Shown in pieces: positions 36,401 to 42,400 of a stretch of DNA of 64,000 bases. Below the pieces are notes generated by a model, which was not told the origin of the DNA, searched no databases, and saw only the letters and a list, made by a program, of their open reading frames with translations. Positions within the stretch are counted from its first letter, which is position 1; the number at the start of each line of letters is the position of its first letter. This stretch comes from an uncultured Planctomycetales bacterium. Its GTDB lineage: Bacteria > Omnitrophota > Gorgyraeia > Gygaellales > Profunditerraquicolaceae. Location: assembly GCA_964354585.1 (NCBI GenBank), contig CAYHAI010000052.1, forward strand, positions 6,283 to 70,282, written 5' to 3'. Made by a program: the position numbers and the translations under genes.

Positions 36401-39400
36401 ATTATATTCGCCGCTGGTTAATCTATTACCCACATCTTCTCTGGCCTGAGCATTAAGAATAAGATTGTGTACCCCCAAACGCTCAAGCAGCACGCGGTCT
36501 GCAAAACCACTACCCTTACCTGCACGGGTAAAACTTCTCGCTATCCAGTCAGAATTATTGTCGGAACGTAAAGTTGTAGCGTCTTTTAACCAAGGACTAT
36601 CCCCTGCCCCTTTCATTTTTTCTTCCCAAGCCTGAAGAGTCAGTTTTCCTGAAGAGCCGCGTTTCAGATGCACAAAAAATGCCGTATCAGAATTAAGTCC
36701 GGTTACAGGGCAAGAGATTGATTCTATTTCGGTTTCTATGGTGGATTTTTTAACGGCATTCTTTAAGTTCAGCACAAGAAGATCGGCGAAACTCTTTGCC
36801 TTAAGCTGTTGGGCTATAGGATCAGCATTAGGGTCAGGTAATAAGATTGTTCTTTCCTGTTCGCTAGTCTTCATACTTCCCACTTCTTTGCCTTCATAAA
36901 ATAAGCCCCATTCTTTCTCTTTACGTCCCCCTGTCCTTTCTCTTATTTCAATACCATTTCCTTGCAACCATTGCCTTACATCCCAATAGCCAGAACCAGT
37001 CAACCCCGATGAATCAAAAGGTGTATTTTCTGTCACTTTTAACCAAATTGGCAGATTTTTTCTACCTACTTCAACCAACTTCAATCTCCCATCCGCCAGG
37101 GTTTCATAAATATTGCCTATACGCTCATCCTTAAATTTAACACCAGGTAGAATTTGTTGCTGACCCAGGTCATCTATTTTAACTGAATATTCTTCTACTG
37201 GTTTTAAAACAGTGCCGTCTTGTAATTTTAAATCTTGCTTACTAATACCATTTATTCCCTCGCCGTCAAGAGAAACCATTCCCAGGGGAGCGGCGTGATC
37301 AAATCTCACAGAGCTATCATAGACCTTAAAGTCTTTAGCAAAGCTTACGGCGAGATTTCTATCTGCGGGTACACTATGTATCGCATTATCAACATAAAGG
37401 GCCTGGTTACCAAAACCAATGAAGTTGCCTTGTTTATCCAGATTTAATTCAGATAGGAGCTTGCCGCTGGACTGAGTAATGCCTTCGCCTGCAGCAGTGC
37501 TTATGACATCTACGCCGCCGGGCTTAACCTCTAAGAATGAAGATATGTGTTCTCCCGGGGTTAATTCCCCATCACCACCAAATTGCCTCTGGGATAGAAT
37601 CTCACCCTTGGCCATTAAAGCAGGCACAAACTGTTGAGATTCTAATTGGCGCCCTATAATCTTATTATCTGGGCCAACAATGAGTTTTTCCTGACCCAGC
37701 CATAACTCACCGAATCCTAATATCTGGGCTTCTCGAGGTAAAACTACTACCGCGTCTGTTGTTTTCCAGGTCTTGATGGTTCCGGTCACCTGGCTGCCCA
37801 GCAAATCAGTTACCCATTCCTGCTCGGTTTTTCCCGCAGGAATTGTGCCATCGGTGGTAAGATGCAGCTTGATATTCTCCAGAGAGGCTTCGCCGCGCAA
37901 AGGACCGCTGGTATCTTTTATTTGGTTGGTTTTTTCATCAAATGTTCTATCCAAAGGAATCTTTAAATTACCTACAGTCCTTACTGCCTCAGCAGGGCCT
38001 TCGGTTCTGAAGCCCATGGGTTGGGTATGGTTAAAGATAAATGTGCCGCCGCCAAATCTAATCTCTTTAGCAAAGCTGACTAACTGAGTATCATTCAAGT
38101 TTGCAGCAATATTTTTATCATAACTGGCAGCAGTAAATTGAGATTTACCTTCGACTTTGTGTCTGGCATTGTCGGCAGTGATTAGAGAATTATCCAATCC
38201 GCTGATTTTAATATTGTTTCCTACTGTCTCAATATTTATCGGCAATGGCACTTCACCAGTAGACTTAATAATAATTCCATCTCCAAACAATGCAGAAGAT
38301 TTTAAATCAACTGCGCCTTTATCTACTGCTATAGGAGTGCCACTACTCTGCGGGTTATCTAATAAATTAGCTGGATGTATCCACCAGGTTTCGGGAAAGA
38401 TTAATGCCAATTGCTGAGAGGTTCTATCTTCTTCCGGTTTAGAAGCAGACATCCACCCCCACATTGTCTCGGGAAAGATTATTCCTAATAGCGGATCGGT
38501 TTTGTCTTGTTGTGTAACAGTATATAATTTTGTGCCTGAAGAACGTGATGTGCTGGCTTGAGTTTTATCATTATGCCTGGCGAATAAATCCTGGCTGGCT
38601 TCAACCTCTAAACCAGTATCCCACTTTTTGAAATTTAATCCTTCTGCTTGAGCAGCTAAAACACTATTTAATTTATTGATTGTGTAATCCCGCTTTAAAT
38701 AATTATCATCAACCCCCATTGCTTCCTGGGTAATCTTAAGCGGTTCTTCTATCAAGCCTCTTCTGATTTGTGTTTCATTTGTGGTTCCGTCAAAGTTCTG
38801 AATGGTAGCGCCTGTTTCTTTATCTGTCAAAATTCTCGAGACAAGGTTACCGCTTGTTATTTTTGATTTACTGATTGTTGTATCCGCACCAACTAATAAC
38901 GTTGTGCCAGCTACCCCAGCCAAAGATGAAGCCGTAATTTTTCCTGCCTCATCTGTGGCAAGCTGGATTGGTAATTGTGTCCCTTGGGTTAATTTTACTA
39001 AACCGGGCTGCAAAAATTCTTTATCCGCTGCTGCCACTAATTTATAAGTATCGTCTTTAAACCTAACGGATTTCTGTTGATTTTCATTCTTTAGAGTCTC
39101 GGAGATTGTTGATGGAATATAAGCCTTCTCTAATGGCGCGGCTTGATGAATAATGCCTTGCTTATCATCTCTGACACTGGCCACCACTCCCCATTGTTCG
39201 CCTTGAGACCACAAATCGTCTATGGGTGCAGTATGCCTATAACTTATTAAACCACTATCTAATTTACTTCGCTGGGCATCAACCAAGGAATTAAATATTT
39301 CGTATCCCTTTGCTGGCGGTTGAGTTTTTGTAAGAATCTCTAATCCTTTCTCCGGACTATAGCGTCGCCCCAAAGAAAAGGTAACATCCGCCACGCCATT

Positions 39401-42400
39401 CTGCACATGAGTAACTGGAGCAATAACTGTTTGCAATCTTGTATCCCGGATATGGAAAGGCAACGTTCCATCATTATTTTTAAGATAAATCCAGTCTTCT
39501 CTACTTTCTAAATTAAATCCGCCGCCTCTTATCTCTACCCCGGGCAAATTGCGCACTATGTTGGTACCAATTGTCACATCATCCACCGCGCCCCAATACC
39601 GGGTGCCTTCGCCTAAAACGTTTTCGCCTAAAAATCTTCCTTCTGAAACAGCAAAATGAAGACCGAGAACGCCTTCTGTCTGGGTAACGGTTCCGCCTGG
39701 TTTTACTCCGCTAATCGTGGGAGTGGTAACCTGATATCCATTATTATTCTGCTCTATCCATACTTTACTTCCAGTATTATAAAGGTAGGCAAAAGGATCA
39801 ACTAAGCCTGGATTGGATCCGTGATTTAGCGGTAAAGGATCTTGAACAAAACTAATACTTTGACCATCGGGTAATCTAACTCCTATATTATCGCCAGCAG
39901 CAACGAATTGTGTACCTTTCATCCTTAAACCACCTAATTCGACATAACTTTTTTCGGCATTAAAGCTAGGAGAATTTAATATATCGCTTTCGCGTATTAA
40001 GCGCAGACCATTGGGCAAGGGATCGGTTAAGGAGAAATGCGTCCAGGTATCCTTGGTGTGCGGCTGTAAATGAACTTCGCCTCTTTTCTCGCTTATCTGA
40101 ATGGAATAATCTACGCTACCCTTAATGCTCGCGCCAGATCCTGTCATTCCCTCGGCGTTAAAAAACATTGCTTTGGTTAAACCGGTAGTCGAATCTGGAC
40201 TCGTAATAAAAACTCCTGTGCCTTTATCCAATTTCACAGCACGGTTATACGGAGTAGTCGCACTTTCCTCTTTTGCCAAGAGCATCGAACCAGGAGCCAA
40301 GGAAAGATGCGCATCAGGACTGATATAGCTACCCATTTTTGTCGTATCTTCGAATAAATGACCCGTATAAGTAATTTGACCGCTACCTATTAACCTGTTA
40401 TCAGTAATGATCTGTGCGGCTCTGAGCGTATCATAACTTTTACCTTCATTATTTTTAATTGCCGTTACAGTCCGTGTCTCAGGGATAAAATCAAACATGT
40501 CTTTGGAGGAAGGCGTTTGTTCAATTTGTTGACTGCCATTTTTATTTTCTATTAGCAAGTTGCTTAAGTTGCTTTCAAAATTTTGACCTTGGGTTTGAAC
40601 TACCGCAAAAGCAAAAGGCGTAGGCTTAATATGGTCGGGCAATAATTTAGAGGTGAGTTCTTGTTTAGCTCCTTGAACCAGCTCAAAAGCAACTGCCCTA
40701 GTTAAAAGTCGGGGAGTAAGATTATCTAAGCCGATGTACACCGTACCTGTGCCTTTAGCTGTATCAACCACAGATTGTTTACCTGTTGAGCTAACTACCT
40801 TAGCGGCTATATCCGCCTCTAGCAATCTGATATAAAATCCAGCTACATCTGAATTTGCCGCACCAATAGTAGTGGGTTCGCCGTTAGTATAACCTATCCA
40901 AAATTTGCCATTAATCTGGGCTTGCTTTAAGACATTCTGTTGAGAGTAATCCAAAATTGCGTGCTCTTTTCTAATAAAGGTGGGGCCTTCAAAATTATCC
41001 CTTCTCAGGGTAAAACTTGAATCACTGTTCCAGGCTACCTTATCATAGAAGCCGTAAGTGTCTCTACTGCCGCCGGGATTACTAAATAAATACGCCTTGT
41101 TTCCGGGAAGAAGCGCAACTTCTTTTCCTTTTGAGAAATCAGGCGTTTGCCCCTGTATTTTGGTGATGTCAAAAGTTTGCCTGATGCTCCATAATCCGTT
41201 GTTTGTATCCTCATTTAGGTTGACGCTTATAGTAACGCCGTCTCTGGTAGTCCCCTCTCTTCCCCAGGCAACCCAAGCTCCGTTTAATTTTTCTTGAGCC
41301 AAAGGTAACTTATGCGCACGAAATGCTAAGATTCTTAACTCATCTGCATCTTCTGGAGAAACCTTGTCTTTAAAGAATTCGTAAACATAACCACCGTGCC
41401 TGGTATTCGCATCTCCTACCACGGCTATTCCGGCATTATAGAGGGCATTTGTATCATACGGAAAAATATTGCCACTGTGCAAATCTACCATTGAGCTATT
41501 GCGTAGTGCTTCTTGTGTTAAGTAACTCTTCGCCAAAGGAAGGGCATTTTTTGTAACTTCTCCTAATGTTAGTTTTTCCCATCCTGATTCTTTTAAAAAT
41601 TTATCTCCTGCGGCCTGAGTTTCAGCATCAAATTCTCCTTTTACTCCAACCCATACTTCAGGCATGGAAGTATCGCTAGAATAATTTGTCTCCGCTATTT
41701 TACTTATAATTTTCAGGGCTTGAGGGTTAATCTGGTTTGCGGTTGATGTTATATCCACCCATTCCCCTGCTGCCTTTGCTGCATTTACCGCGCTACCAAT
41801 TTTATTGCTAGAATCCCAATTATTTTTTAACCAATTGGAAGCAGATTGAATAGGATTAGAATCCCAAACATATGGTTGTTTGGATCCATTTATATTCTTA
41901 ACAACATCCTTGAATTCTCCTTGGAAATGATTTTCTGCATCATATTTACCCAAAGCATAATAGTTAACTTGGGTATTGGGTGCTGGAGGATTACTTACTA
42001 AAATTTCACCCTCTCCGCTAAAAATAGAAATCGCACCGGCTTGCCTATATTCTTCAGCGCGCGCCTGGATATATACCTTACGTTGTTCAGATGAAAGCCC
42101 AATTAAACCCTTGTTTAACTCGACAATCTTTACTTTGTCCGCCCAAGGATGGAGCACATCATTAGTGAGCGTTCCAGTAAGTGTCCATCCATAATTGGCT
42201 CCTGAATTGACCAACGATAAGCCATCTTCCGAACTTCCCCATGGTCTATAAAAATACGGTAACTCACCATGCTCTGCCTGATATTGCGCTGCCTGCTCAT
42301 TACTCAGCGGTATTAAACCCAGTGTTGCTACAGCCAAAACCTCTCTAAATTTCTTATTGTCTAATGAAGACGTGGGTGCGCCTGAATTTAAATTATCTAT